Below are positions 38,573 to 47,448 of a stretch of DNA of 52,585 bases, one piece after another; the stretch's first letter is position 1; each line of letters begins with the position of its first letter. Both the position numbers and the translations under genes were made by a program. The DNA comes from Candidatus Omnitrophota bacterium (GTDB taxonomy: Bacteria > Omnitrophota > Gorgyraeia > Gygaellales > Profunditerraquicolaceae): NCBI GenBank assembly GCA_043808425.1, contig JAZDEW010000023.1:1-52585 (forward strand), in the 5' to 3' direction. A model generated the notes under the pieces. That model was not told the origin of the DNA. It was given only the letters and a program-made list of their open reading frames with translations, and searched no databases.

Positions 38573-39813
38573 GCCACCTTCCGATTAAAAATCAAATTAA
38601 CTAGGCCCAGCACGCTTAATAAACATCCCACGCTAACCAAAATTAAGACATGAGAAAATCTTTCCGCAAGCATGCTGCTAATAAACATAAATAAAAGAAA
38701 ACCTAAGTGCATAACAATTTCTAAGGAACTAAAAATCTTACCCAGCATCTCATTATCACTAACATTATGAATAATCGTATTGGATGCGATCATGATCGGG
38801 GCAACAATCAAACCTAAACATAAAGCCAAAAATGCCGCGACAATAAAATTAGGATAGTAATGTATCCCTAAAGCAAAGAAAATCAGCATTATCCCGCTAA
38901 CAACTAGACAGGCAAATATAAGCTTATAAGGAGAAACGCGCTGGCCGAACTTGCCATAAATTAAAGAACCTAAAAATAAACCGATTCCTAAAAACATCAC
39001 CAAAAGCCCCAAATCCTTAGTTGCCGAATGCAGCGCCTTTTGCACAAAAACAATAACAACAACATAAACCGCTCCTAAAGCCGACCAAAGCGCAAAAATA
39101 AGCCCCGCGGTAAAACGGATATCTTTTTTTCGAATAAAATAAAAAAATCCTCCCTTGATCTCTTGAAATACCGATTTTCTAATTACCTCCACGGTTTCCT
39201 TGCTTACCTTTTTTAAATTCATCGCGGTCATAAACCGCCTAGAGATCAGGAAAATAAATGTCCCGGAAATTAAAAAACTTAAAGAATCTAAATAAAAACC
39301 ACTTTTAGCCCCGAGCTTCTCTACTAACACGCCACTTATCCCAAAACCCAGGATTGCCGCGATCATCCCGGAGGTATTAATTAAAGAGTTGGCAACCAGC
39401 AGGTCCTTTTTATCCACCAAGTCCGGTATAATGGAAAGTTTAGCCGGAACAAAAAACCTACCGATAGAAAAAGCAATAAAAATAATCAAATAAACCGGGC
39501 CCAAGCTTTTAGTATAAAATAAAAACAAGGGAATAGAAAAAACTAGTAAACTGCGCAAAAAATCACAGATATACATCGTGCGCCGCCTATCCCAACGATC
39601 CACATAAACCCCGGCTAAGGGGCCAATTAGAAATACCGGAATAATCGTAAAAGAAAGGATCTTGGCAATTTGCAACGTTGAACCCGGGGCACGTAAGTAG
39701 ACAAAGGCAATCAGGGCCATCTGGCCTAATCTATCCCCGAACTGAGAGATAATCTGACCACACCATAATAAAAAAAAGTTACGATTTTTTAAAACTTTAC
39801 GTAATCTGGCCAT
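38560..39813 (-). CDS. MFS transporter (DHA3/macrolide-efflux-like family)
   Basis: NFFLLWCGQIISQFGD, GVYVDRWDRR motif A, about 12 TM helices. Confidence 0.9.
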   Translation of the reverse strand: MARLRKVLKNRNFFLLWCGQIISQFGDRLGQMALIAFVYLRAPGSTLQIAKILSFTIIPVFLIGPLAGVYVDRWDRRRTMYICDFLRSLLVFSIPLFLFYTKSLGPVYLIIFIAFSIGRFFVPAKLSIIPDLVDKKDLLVANSLINTSGMIAAILGFGISGVLVEKLGAKSGFYLDSLSFLISGTFIFLISRRFMTAMNLKKVSKETVEVIRKSVFQEIKGGFFYFIRKKDIRFTAGLIFALWSALGAVYVVVIVFVQKALHSATKDLGLLVMFLGIGLFLGSLIYGKFGQRVSPYKLIFACLVVSGIMLIFFALGIHYYPNFIVAAFLALCLGLIVAPIMIASNTIIHNVSDNEMLGKIFSSLEIVMHLGFLLFMFISSMLAERFSHVLILVSVGCLLSVLGLVNLIFNRKVAWLD

Positions 39814-39901
39814 AGGTTAGAAAACTACTGTTAAGTCGATGAATGAAATCTCCCGCCTCAGACAAATTATCCGCTGTTTGCGGGAGAACCACTTAATACA
39901 A

Positions 39902-39974
39902 AGCCGATGGGGGGATTCGAACCCTCGACCTAATGTTTACGAAACATTTGCTCTACCAACTGAGCTACATCGGC
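39902..39974 (-). tRNA. tRNA-Thr(CGT)
   Basis: GCCGATGTAGCTCAGTTGGTAGAGC..AATGT-TT-CGT-AA-ACATT..GGTTCGAATCC..CATCGGC. Confidence 0.94.
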
Positions 39975-39986
39975 AATTTTTCCAAC

Positions 39987-40014
39987 ATTATACCAATTCC
40001 TGGATAATAGTCAA
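39987..40014 (-). promoter_or_regulatory. sigma70-type promoter of tRNA-Thr (possibly also MFS-rnf)
   Basis: TTGACT-16 bp-TATAAT with TG extension. Confidence 0.75.
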
Positions 40015-40048
40015 TTACTCGCTTAAAATTTAAAATTTAGGAAAAAGG

Positions 40049-40076
40049 TTGACAAATTCCTAATTCATGATATAAT
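40049..40076 (+). promoter_or_regulatory. sigma70-type promoter of the csp gene
   Basis: TTGACA-16 bp-TATAAT with TG extension. Confidence 0.8.
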
Positions 40077-40131
40077 TATTATGTAAGGATAGATTAGAGG
40101 AGAAACAAAGAAATTGATTAGTAACATGTAC

Positions 40132-40180
40132 ATGCCGCAAAGCAGTAACAAAAAATAACCATGCTTTGCGGCATTTTTTT
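40132..40180 (+). terminator. Terminator-like hairpin within the csp leader
   Basis: 13-bp perfect stem ATGCCGCAAAGCA/TGCTTTGCGGCAT followed by T6. Confidence 0.7.
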
Positions 40181-40277
40181 ATACACATAGATCCTTAAAT
40201 CCGCCGCTGAATTAATGGTGAAATTGAGGATCAATTTTCCGAACATTAAGTCGGGAAAATTGAGGAGGAGAAACAAA

Positions 40278-40478
40278 ATGGCAAAAGGTAAGGTAAAATG
40301 GTTCAGTAATCAAAAGGGTTACGGATTTGTTACTTCTGAAGATGGTAAAGATGTTTTCATTCACTTCAGTGCTATCACTGGAGAAGGATATAAATCTTTA
40401 GCAGAAGGCGATGAAGTTGAGTTCGAGGTTACGCAAGGCCCCAAAGGCGATCAAGCAACAAACGTAAAAAAAATATAA
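40278..40478 (+). CDS. Cold-shock protein (CspA family)
   Basis: GKVKWF, KGYGFV (RNP1), DVFIHFSAI (RNP2); GAGGAGG RBS. Confidence 0.97.
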   Translation: MAKGKVKWFSNQKGYGFVTSEDGKDVFIHFSAITGEGYKSLAEGDEVEFEVTQGPKGDQATNVKKI

Positions 40479-40490
40479 ATTCCTAACCAA

Positions 40491-40530
40491 TAAAAAAGGC
40501 TGTTTTTTTAAGAAACAGCCTTTTTTATTT
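40491..40530. terminator. Bidirectional intrinsic terminator
   Basis: AAAAAAGGCTGTTT...AAACAGCCTTTTTT between convergent genes. Confidence 0.85.
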
Positions 40531-40593
40531 ATTTTTTTAGAAAAAATAAAACAGCCCGCCTTAAAATCTAAAATAAATGAAAGGATTATAAAA

Positions 40594-41865
40594 TCATGGT
40601 TTCCAAACGAACCAAACAAATAAATAAGAAGCAACCACTGCCGCAAAAGTAAAAGGAAGTCCGATTTTCATAAAATCTATAAACTTAACTTTATACCCCT
40701 CTTTTTTAAGCAAACCGCAAGAAACAATATTTGCAGAGGCTCCTATTGGGGTAATATTGCCTCCCAAACTTGCGCCAATCAGTAAACCAAAAAGAAACAA
40801 CGAAGGGTTTACGTCCAACTTATAAGCCATCTGGCCAACGACAGGAAGCATGGCGGCTAAAAAAGGAACATTATCTACGAACGCGGAAATAATAACAGAA
40901 ATAAATACGAGTAGCGTGTAACCAAAGAAAATATTTCCGCCGATTACATTTGATAAAGATTGCGCAATGTTACCTGTCCATCCGGTTAAGGTAAGGCTTC
41001 CAACTAAGATAAATATACCGACCAGGAATAACGCCGTATCCCAATCCAGCGATTTAATCAGCTCAGATACCCTTCCCCTGTTCGATACTTTCTCCCACGC
41101 TACTGAAATAATCCCCATAATCATGCAAATAATCCCCGCAGCAGAAGTAAACCCCGTATCAAAAAAAGATGAGGCTGCGAGTAAAACTATCAGCGCTACG
41201 AGGAAAATAGTAGGAACCCATGAATGGACCTTTTCAACAGGTATGACTTCAACTTTATGCTTCTCTTTGCGAAACAAAAACATCAAAACAAAAAACGAAA
41301 CAAAAGCGCCCAACTCAACCGCAAAAAATATACTCGGCTTGCCTCTATAAAGAAAAAAATCGCCAAAATTCATTTTCGTAAAGCCGGCCAAAAGCATGCT
41401 CGGAGGATCCCCAATCAATGTTGCCGCGCCTTGCAGGTTGCTCGATATCGCAATTGCAATCATCATCTTTATCGGGTTAAGATTAATTTTACGGGCAAGC
41501 GTCAAAGCAATAGGAGCAATAATCAGAACCGTTGCCACATTCTCTACAAATGCAGAAATAAAACCAGCCAGGACGCACATAAGCAGAATCGCCCAAGCAG
41601 TATTTCTTGATTTATCCACAATAATCTCAGCAATAACGGCAGGCACCCGGCTTTTCATAAAAACATCCGCTACGGCTAATGTCCCCACAAAAATACCCAT
41701 AACATTCCAATTTACAGAACCAAAAGCTTCAGGGAATGATAGCACTCGGGTTACTAAGAGTAAACCGGCTGCGCTTATCGCAACCAAAGGCCTTCTTCCG
41801 GGAAATACCACGAATAAAATATAGGCCAAAACAAAAAGAATGAGTGAAATAGCGCTTCTCTCCAT
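40594..41865 (-). CDS. ArsB/NhaD/CitMHS-superfamily (IT) ion transporter
   Basis: SAFVENVATV, SNLQGAATLIGDPP, SAFVDNVPF, GGNITPIGASAN. Confidence 0.9.
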   Translation of the reverse strand: MERSAISLILFVLAYILFVVFPGRRPLVAISAAGLLLVTRVLSFPEAFGSVNWNVMGIFVGTLAVADVFMKSRVPAVIAEIIVDKSRNTAWAILLMCVLAGFISAFVENVATVLIIAPIALTLARKINLNPIKMMIAIAISSNLQGAATLIGDPPSMLLAGFTKMNFGDFFLYRGKPSIFFAVELGAFVSFFVLMFLFRKEKHKVEVIPVEKVHSWVPTIFLVALIVLLAASSFFDTGFTSAAGIICMIMGIISVAWEKVSNRGRVSELIKSLDWDTALFLVGIFILVGSLTLTGWTGNIAQSLSNVIGGNIFFGYTLLVFISVIISAFVDNVPFLAAMLPVVGQMAYKLDVNPSLFLFGLLIGASLGGNITPIGASANIVSCGLLKKEGYKVKFIDFMKIGLPFTFAAVVASYLFVWFVWKP

Positions 41866-41867
41866 TC

Positions 41868-42011
41868 TTATTTATTAAACTTATCTGACGATTGGGCCTT
41901 CTTTTTGCCCTTTTCGCCTTGGTTACTTTTGATAATCAAATAAATATAAAAAAGCGCTACTACTCCTCCAAGAACATACACCGGCCAATCCTGCCATAAA
42001 TTTCCAGTCAT
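41868..42011 (-). CDS. 47-aa single-pass membrane protein; not in the ORF track
   Basis: MTGNLWQDWPVYVLGGVVALFYIYLIIKSNQGEKGKKKAQSSDKFNK; GAGAGG RBS; stop 2 nt before the transporter ATG. Confidence 0.72.
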   Translation of the reverse strand: MTGNLWQDWPVYVLGGVVALFYIYLIIKSNQGEKGKKKAQSSDKFNK

Positions 42012-42045
42012 GCTTAACCTCTCTATTAGTTTAAATTCGTTTTAA

Positions 42046-42654
42046 CTAAAATTTTAAACCGTTAAATCCCATAAATGCAAGACACATCATAGAAGCAATG
42101 ATAAATGCCAAAGGTAAATCCTTGAATGTCTTGGGTACATTACAAAGCTCAAGCCGCTCACGAATACCTGACATTAAAAGCATGGCCAAGGTATAGCCAA
42201 TTCCAACACATAGCCCATGAAATATCGAAAATATTAAACTTCCGGATACTGCCTTATTGTTTACAAAGAACATATCAATATTTAAAACCGCTACGCCTAA
42301 TACGGCGCAATTTGTAGTAATCAAAACAAGATAAATACCAAAGGCGCGATAAAGAGTGGGGCTCGTTTTTCTGATCACCATTTCCACTAACTGTACAAAA
42401 GCAGCAATGATTAAGATAAAAACTAAGGTGCGTAAATATGTTAAGTTAAAAGGAGCCAAAATAAATCTATAGACTAACCATGTGATAACAGATGATACTG
42501 TGGTTACAAACGTAACAGCCATGCTCATGGCAAACGCCTGCCTTGTGTTTTTAGATACAGCGACAAAAGGACACAGCCCCAAAAAACGCGACAAAATAAC
42601 ATTGTTAACAAAAACTGCCGAAATAAAAATCGCTAAAAACTGTCCAAAATTCAT
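42046..42654 (-). CDS. rnfA: Rnf complex subunit A, displaced from the rnf operon
   Basis: VNNVILSRFLGLCPF, LRTLVFILIIAAFVQLVE, LITTNCAVLG, GIRERL. Confidence 0.94.
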   Translation of the reverse strand: MNFGQFLAIFISAVFVNNVILSRFLGLCPFVAVSKNTRQAFAMSMAVTFVTTVSSVITWLVYRFILAPFNLTYLRTLVFILIIAAFVQLVEMVIRKTSPTLYRAFGIYLVLITTNCAVLGVAVLNIDMFFVNNKAVSGSLIFSIFHGLCVGIGYTLAMLLMSGIRERLELCNVPKTFKDLPLAFIIASMMCLAFMGFNGLKF

Positions 42655-42658
42655 TTTT

Positions 42659-42787
42659 TTACTCCTTCATGCTATTTAATCGTATTTTTTTATTTCTTAC
42701 TTTTCTATTATTCGCAGAATAAAATAGAACTGAGAACAAAATCGCTAACATAATAATTTCAAACGTCTGTAGTATTTCTGCTGACAC
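42659..42787 (-). CDS. 42-aa single-pass membrane protein; not in the ORF track
   Basis: GTG after AGGGGG; MSAEILQTFEIIMLAILFSVLFYSANNRKVRNKKIRLNSMKE; its 3' end carries the rnfA RBS (AAGGAG TAA). Confidence 0.62.
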   Translation of the reverse strand: MSAEILQTFEIIMLAILFSVLFYSANNRKVRNKKIRLNSMKE

Positions 42788-42826
42788 GATATCCCCCTAC
42801 AATTTTAGTTTTTTATTTATTTTAAT

Positions 42827-42903
42827 AAAAGCTATCATGCATGCACACGCAAGATGCGTCCGGCCACCTAAAACCTCCGGAAGCAAGAAGATTCCGGACA
42901 CTT
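42827..42903 (-). ncRNA. Candidate cation-riboswitch-like element, variant copy upstream of rnfA
   Basis: Same architecture as 52459-52545: 5' tail, hairpin, GGAGG linker, hairpin with 8-nt loop complementary to the tail, weak terminator with U4. Confidence 0.55.
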
Positions 42904-42917
42904 GTACAACAAATTAA

Positions 42918-44129
42918 CTAAAGATTAACAATATCTTCGGGATGATACAACGAAAGAAACAATAACATATAATTCCTTAAATGGCGCGTAATTAAAAAAT
43001 TGTTTTTTATATGCTCCCTCCCATTTTCTCCTAATTTCTTGGCGTACGCCGGACTGCTTAAAAGTTGTTTTATTGCAAAACTCGCTCCCTCAACAGAATG
43101 ACATAATAATCCTGAATATTTATGTTTTATCTGCAAAGGGATGTCGCCGACATTTGAAGCTACAACGGGTTTTGCCTTCCATAATGCCTCGGCAACTGTT
43201 AAGCCAAATCCCTCCCTGATAGACTTCTGGATAATTACATCTGAGGCCCTTTGCAGCGCATTAACCTCTATATCATTTTGAGGTAATAGTAAGATATGAA
43301 TATCCGGGTCTTTCTTAGCTTTTTCTTTAACCTCTTCAAGAACCCTGAATCCTTCCGGATCATCTTCTGCTGTCCCACCAGCCAACACCAGCTGGCAATC
43401 TGTATATTTTTTTACCTGCAAATATGCCTCAATTACGCCTATGGGATCTTTCAGGCGGTCAAAGCGGGATATCTGAGTAATGATTGGCTTATCTTTTTTG
43501 ATATCGTATTTTTTCAATACTAAATCAATTATTTCTTGTGGCAATTCCTTATTTTTATCACTTAACGGATCGATAGAAGGAGGAATTAAGAATTGCCTAA
43601 TGGGTAACTTCCTTGAAAAAGTCGGAGCGGAAAACACTGCTGAGTCGTATCGAATAATAAAATCCATAAGAAATCCCCAAACTTTTTCATCGGGATTAGA
43701 AACATCAATATGGCAACGCCAAAGCCACTTATTAACGGCTTTCTTTTTTATTAAGGCTATTGGTTGCGGGTCATGAATGAAAATAATGTCCCCGTAGGTA
43801 TCAACGCTTTCGATATTCTGCTGGCTAGTCTCCATGAATACTTCAAAATCTCTTTTAGTTATCTCCTCGGCTCTGCCATGCAAAGCGTTGTGAAACTTTT
43901 TTGTCACTGCAAAAAACTGCTCTCCACCCTTTATCACGTCCCATTTGGTATCTACCTCCAATTCCCTCAACAGCGGGACCATCCGGTTTAATATCTCCGC
44001 CACTCCCCCACCCACAGGAGTAGAATTTATATGCTGAATAACCTTGCCTTTTAACCGTTCACCAAGCAACCTTAAATCATCAATAATCGCTTGCCCCACT
44101 AAAGAAATATACTTTTCTATTTTTGCCAT
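42918..44129 (-). CDS. treT: Trehalose glycosyl-transferring synthase TreT-like (GT4)
   Basis: HINSTPVGGGVAEIL, TKKFHNALHG, HDPQP, WRCHID, SRFDRLKDP, QKSIREGFGLTVAEALWK. Confidence 0.88.
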   Translation of the reverse strand: MAKIEKYISLVGQAIIDDLRLLGERLKGKVIQHINSTPVGGGVAEILNRMVPLLRELEVDTKWDVIKGGEQFFAVTKKFHNALHGRAEEITKRDFEVFMETSQQNIESVDTYGDIIFIHDPQPIALIKKKAVNKWLWRCHIDVSNPDEKVWGFLMDFIIRYDSAVFSAPTFSRKLPIRQFLIPPSIDPLSDKNKELPQEIIDLVLKKYDIKKDKPIITQISRFDRLKDPIGVIEAYLQVKKYTDCQLVLAGGTAEDDPEGFRVLEEVKEKAKKDPDIHILLLPQNDIEVNALQRASDVIIQKSIREGFGLTVAEALWKAKPVVASNVGDIPLQIKHKYSGLLCHSVEGASFAIKQLLSSPAYAKKLGENGREHIKNNFLITRHLRNYMLLFLSLYHPEDIVNL

Positions 44130-44801
44130 TTAATTAACTATCTTTCTTTCAACAATTTGTATAATCTTATTCCTTAAATCCTCTAAAGTACTCGTGTAGG
44201 GATCAAAACTTGAAATATTATCTGCTAATTTCTTATCTCCCAGGGAATTTTCTATCCAAAACGCGAAATCATTAGTTGGCTTTTCAAGCCTAAGCCGCGC
44301 TTCAAAAATATGAAAATAAATAGAATCAATGGTAATTTTCTTTAAAACCTCTACGAATTCATTCAGATCATACGCGATATAGTTTGTCGGCAGAATAAAA
44401 CTGACGGATTTAATAAAATGAAATTCTTCTTCAGATCTGGCAAATTTCAACTTGGCCAGCGGATTATCCTTTAAATAGATCTCAATGGTTGAGGCGATCT
44501 TTTCCCGCAAATCCCGGATAGTTGAGTATTGTATGGTGTCAATACTCACCAGCCTTTCTCCAAGCTCATCTTCTCCAAGAATATCCGTTACCCAATAAGC
44601 AAAATCGTTAGGAGGCTCGGGAGAAAGATACTGATGCTGCTGTAAAAATCTATGGGTGTGGTGATAAATACATGAGCCAGATACTTGTTTAATAAGGGCC
44701 AAAAACTGGCCTAAGGTGGTCGCTCGCAAGCCGGTCAGCTCCGACAAATGCAATCTCGTGCAAAACCTAAATGGCTCTTTTGCTTTTATTAATTCTTCCA
44801 T
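44130..44801 (-). CDS. DUF5752 / OrfY-like protein (TreT partner)
   Basis: Internal two-fold repeat (PFRF..L.QF..IK.V...CIYHH..NDFAYW / FHF..L.EF..LK.I...SIYFH..NDFAFW); abuts treT. Confidence 0.75.
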   Translation of the reverse strand: MEELIKAKEPFRFCTRLHLSELTGLRATTLGQFLALIKQVSGSCIYHHTHRFLQQHQYLSPEPPNDFAYWVTDILGEDELGERLVSIDTIQYSTIRDLREKIASTIEIYLKDNPLAKLKFARSEEEFHFIKSVSFILPTNYIAYDLNEFVEVLKKITIDSIYFHIFEARLRLEKPTNDFAFWIENSLGDKKLADNISSFDPYTSTLEDLRNKIIQIVERKIVN

Positions 44802-44803
44802 AA

Positions 44804-45601
44804 TTAGCTATACTGTAAGGCTAGTATCGAACGTAAAAATTTAGCTACTTCTTCTGTATTCTTTAAATAATAATCAGCTTTGGAACTCCCGGATTTTCCC
44901 ACGAATACCGTTAACCCTTTTCTTTTTAAAGCCTTAAAAGCGTCCTCATCAGTTATATCATCTCCGATATAAACGGGCAAGGCATTCTTAACTCCTAAAA
45001 TAAATTGCTGTCTTGCTAGAAACCACAAGGCTGCCTTGCCTTTATCCCACTTAACCGGCGGCTTTATCTCATAAACTTTTTTACCGGCATTAACCTTTAT
45101 TTTATTACGCGCTATATAAGGACTGGTAACTTCAGAAATAATCTTCTCAAATACAGGCATATCTTTTTTGTCAACTAAGCGGTAGTGAATACTCAGTGTC
45201 AAGCCTTTATCCTCAACCAGCGCGCCCTTAATGCCAGAGAGCCGCTTCTGCATATCTTTAGCGATATTTCGTATAATTGATTTTAATCGCGATGTAACCT
45301 GGCTTTTAAATTTAATCTTCGCCCCTTCGATCTCCAAACCGTGGTTACCAGCGTAGACGATACCGCCTATCCCGACTATATTTTTTATATCCTCCAGCTT
45401 CCTTCCGCTGAGAATACCTATTTTACAATAAAAACTTCTGGATAATTTCTGTAATAATTCTTTTGTATTCTTATGGATAACTGCCTTACTCGGAGTCTTG
45501 ACAATAGGCGTTAATGTCCCATCATAATCCAATAAAAGTAAAATAAATTTATTTCTTAACAGCTCTTTTATCTTACTAAATTGCGAAAATAAATATTCCA
45601 T
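44804..45601 (-). CDS. otsB: Trehalose-6-phosphate phosphatase
   Basis: HAD motifs LDYDGTLTPI, SGR, GNHGLE, WDKG, YIGDDITDEDAF. Confidence 0.94.
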   Translation of the reverse strand: MEYLFSQFSKIKELLRNKFILLLLDYDGTLTPIVKTPSKAVIHKNTKELLQKLSRSFYCKIGILSGRKLEDIKNIVGIGGIVYAGNHGLEIEGAKIKFKSQVTSRLKSIIRNIAKDMQKRLSGIKGALVEDKGLTLSIHYRLVDKKDMPVFEKIISEVTSPYIARNKIKVNAGKKVYEIKPPVKWDKGKAALWFLARQQFILGVKNALPVYIGDDITDEDAFKALKRKGLTVFVGKSGSSKADYYLKNTEEVAKFLRSILALQYS

Positions 45602-45662
45602 GCCTAAATCTTGCCCAATGATATCAATTCCGTAATAATATTCCCTCACCCGGCGATAAACG

Positions 45663-45775
45663 TTATTTTCCAAAATAACTTTTCGCGTTTATTCCGTTAT
45701 AATCTAAAAACAACATTACATATTTATTGCTCAATTTTTCTTTTAGCTTACCCCAAGCGTTAAGATATTTTTCAT
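45663..45775 (-). pseudogene. Frameshifted, truncated N-terminal remnant of a second otsB
   Basis: ATG out of frame with YLNAWGKLKEKLSNKYVMLFLDYNG; compare OtsB YLFSQFSKIKELLRNKFILLLLDYDG. Confidence 0.65.
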
Positions 45776-45779
45776 ATTC

Positions 45780-46964
45780 CTAATGATGCTCAATAGTTAT
45801 TTCGCCCGCCTTTTGCAAAGCGTATTTAGTACATAAAGGGCCAAATAATTCATAGATAACGGTAGTGGCGACAATCGTAGTAAAAATCATGCCGCCAACA
45901 TTTGGAAAATCGTTTTTAGCGACTAAGGCGCAGCCTAAAGCAACGCCTGCTTGTGGCACTAAGCCTAAGCCCAAATATTTTTTTATGCTATTAGAAGCGC
46001 CAGAAATATGCGCGCCTAATTTCGCCCCAGCTACCTTACCAATCACACGGAATATTAAATATGCCAAACCAATTAATCCTAATTTAGACAAAAGCCCTAT
46101 TTCTAAATTTGCCCCGGCCAAAACAAAAAAAAGTAAAAATAGCGGAGAATCTACTGTTTTTAAAACCTCAAAAGGATTGGAGGAGGATTTGTTGACATTA
46201 ACTAAAACTGCCCCTAAAAACATACTTGCTAAGAGTACGGACAAGTGAAGCCAAGTAGCTATTCCTATAGTTGAAAAAATAAATCCAAGAGTAAAAATCA
46301 GAAGCTCTGCTTGCGTACGAATAAAACGAGAAAAATAAGACAATAGCATAGCCATGGCGCCCCCTAAAATAAAAGCGCCCAATATGCTCAAGATAGAGTT
46401 AAAAATTACCTTAATCAAAAAAAATGTATCTACCATGTGGCTATGAATAGCCTGGGATATGGCCAAAGAAATAGCAAAAATAATAAGGCACCAGGCATCA
46501 TCAATAGCAACGACCCCTAAAAGCGTATCCGTAAAATTGCCTTTAGCGCGATATTCTCTTATCACCATTACCGTAGCCGCAGGTGCAGTAGCAGAAGCAA
46601 TCGCCCCAAAAAGAAGAGCAATATAAAAAGGTTGCCTTAGAATAAACAAAAATATTAATGTGACTAAAAACCATGCCCCACATGCCTCTAAAACCGAAAT
46701 CCAGACTACTGACTTACCAATCTTACGAAAGCTATCACGAGAAAAATTTTGACCGATACTAAAGGCAATTATTCCTAAAACTATTTTTGAAATTAAACCT
46801 GACATATTAAGAATTGCTACAGGAATAAGATTTAACAATGAAGATCCGATGAGTATCCCTACCATAAGATAAGCGGTTACTGCTGGAAACTTAATTTTAC
46901 TTATCAACCTGGCAGAAAATAAACCTGCAAGCAGAATAAAACCAAATCCTAATATAGTATTCAC
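45780..46964 (-). CDS. Cation:proton antiporter (Na+/H+ exchanger family)
   Basis: PAVTAYLMVGILIG, ASATAPAAT, VAIDDA, FFVLAGA, PQAGVALG. Confidence 0.9.
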   Translation of the reverse strand: MNTILGFGFILLAGLFSARLISKIKFPAVTAYLMVGILIGSSLLNLIPVAILNMSGLISKIVLGIIAFSIGQNFSRDSFRKIGKSVVWISVLEACGAWFLVTLIFLFILRQPFYIALLFGAIASATAPAATVMVIREYRAKGNFTDTLLGVVAIDDAWCLIIFAISLAISQAIHSHMVDTFFLIKVIFNSILSILGAFILGGAMAMLLSYFSRFIRTQAELLIFTLGFIFSTIGIATWLHLSVLLASMFLGAVLVNVNKSSSNPFEVLKTVDSPLFLLFFVLAGANLEIGLLSKLGLIGLAYLIFRVIGKVAGAKLGAHISGASNSIKKYLGLGLVPQAGVALGCALVAKNDFPNVGGMIFTTIVATTVIYELFGPLCTKYALQKAGEITIEHH

Positions 46965-47435
46965 TTAAACGACACCTTTTCCCGAAAAGACTTGCCGGAT
47001 TATATCAAATATACCAATCTTTCCGACTAGTTCTCCTTTTTTATCTACTACGGGAAATTCTTCTTTAAGCTGTAGCTTCATAAGCCTAAAAGCCTCCTCT
47101 AGAGTAGTATCTTCCCGTAAAGAAACGAATTTTGTTTCCATTATATCATCCGCAATCACCAAGTCTCCGATATCATCAGTCAATTCTACCTTAAAAATAT
47201 CTTCTTCCTGGTCATCCAGAAAAGGGACCGCGTTCAATATTTCCGGCCGATATGGGCTAAACACGCCAATTAAACTACGAAAAGAAATAACCCCCACTAA
47301 ACGGCTTCCCTCTTCAACTACAGGCACCAACGGAAAAAGATGAAATTTACTAAACAACCCTAACAATTCTTTTAATTTTGTGGATCGCCTTACCGTTATT
47401 ACTTCCTTTGACATTATTTCTTTTACTTGCATCAA
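46965..47435 (-). CDS. Tandem CBS-domain protein
   Basis: VKEIMS..VPVV..LVGVIS; DIME..FPVVD..LVGKI. Confidence 0.9.
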   Translation of the reverse strand: MMQVKEIMSKEVITVRRSTKLKELLGLFSKFHLFPLVPVVEEGSRLVGVISFRSLIGVFSPYRPEILNAVPFLDDQEEDIFKVELTDDIGDLVIADDIMETKFVSLREDTTLEEAFRLMKLQLKEEFPVVDKKGELVGKIGIFDIIRQVFSGKGVV

Positions 47436-47448
47436 TTAGCTCCTTAAT

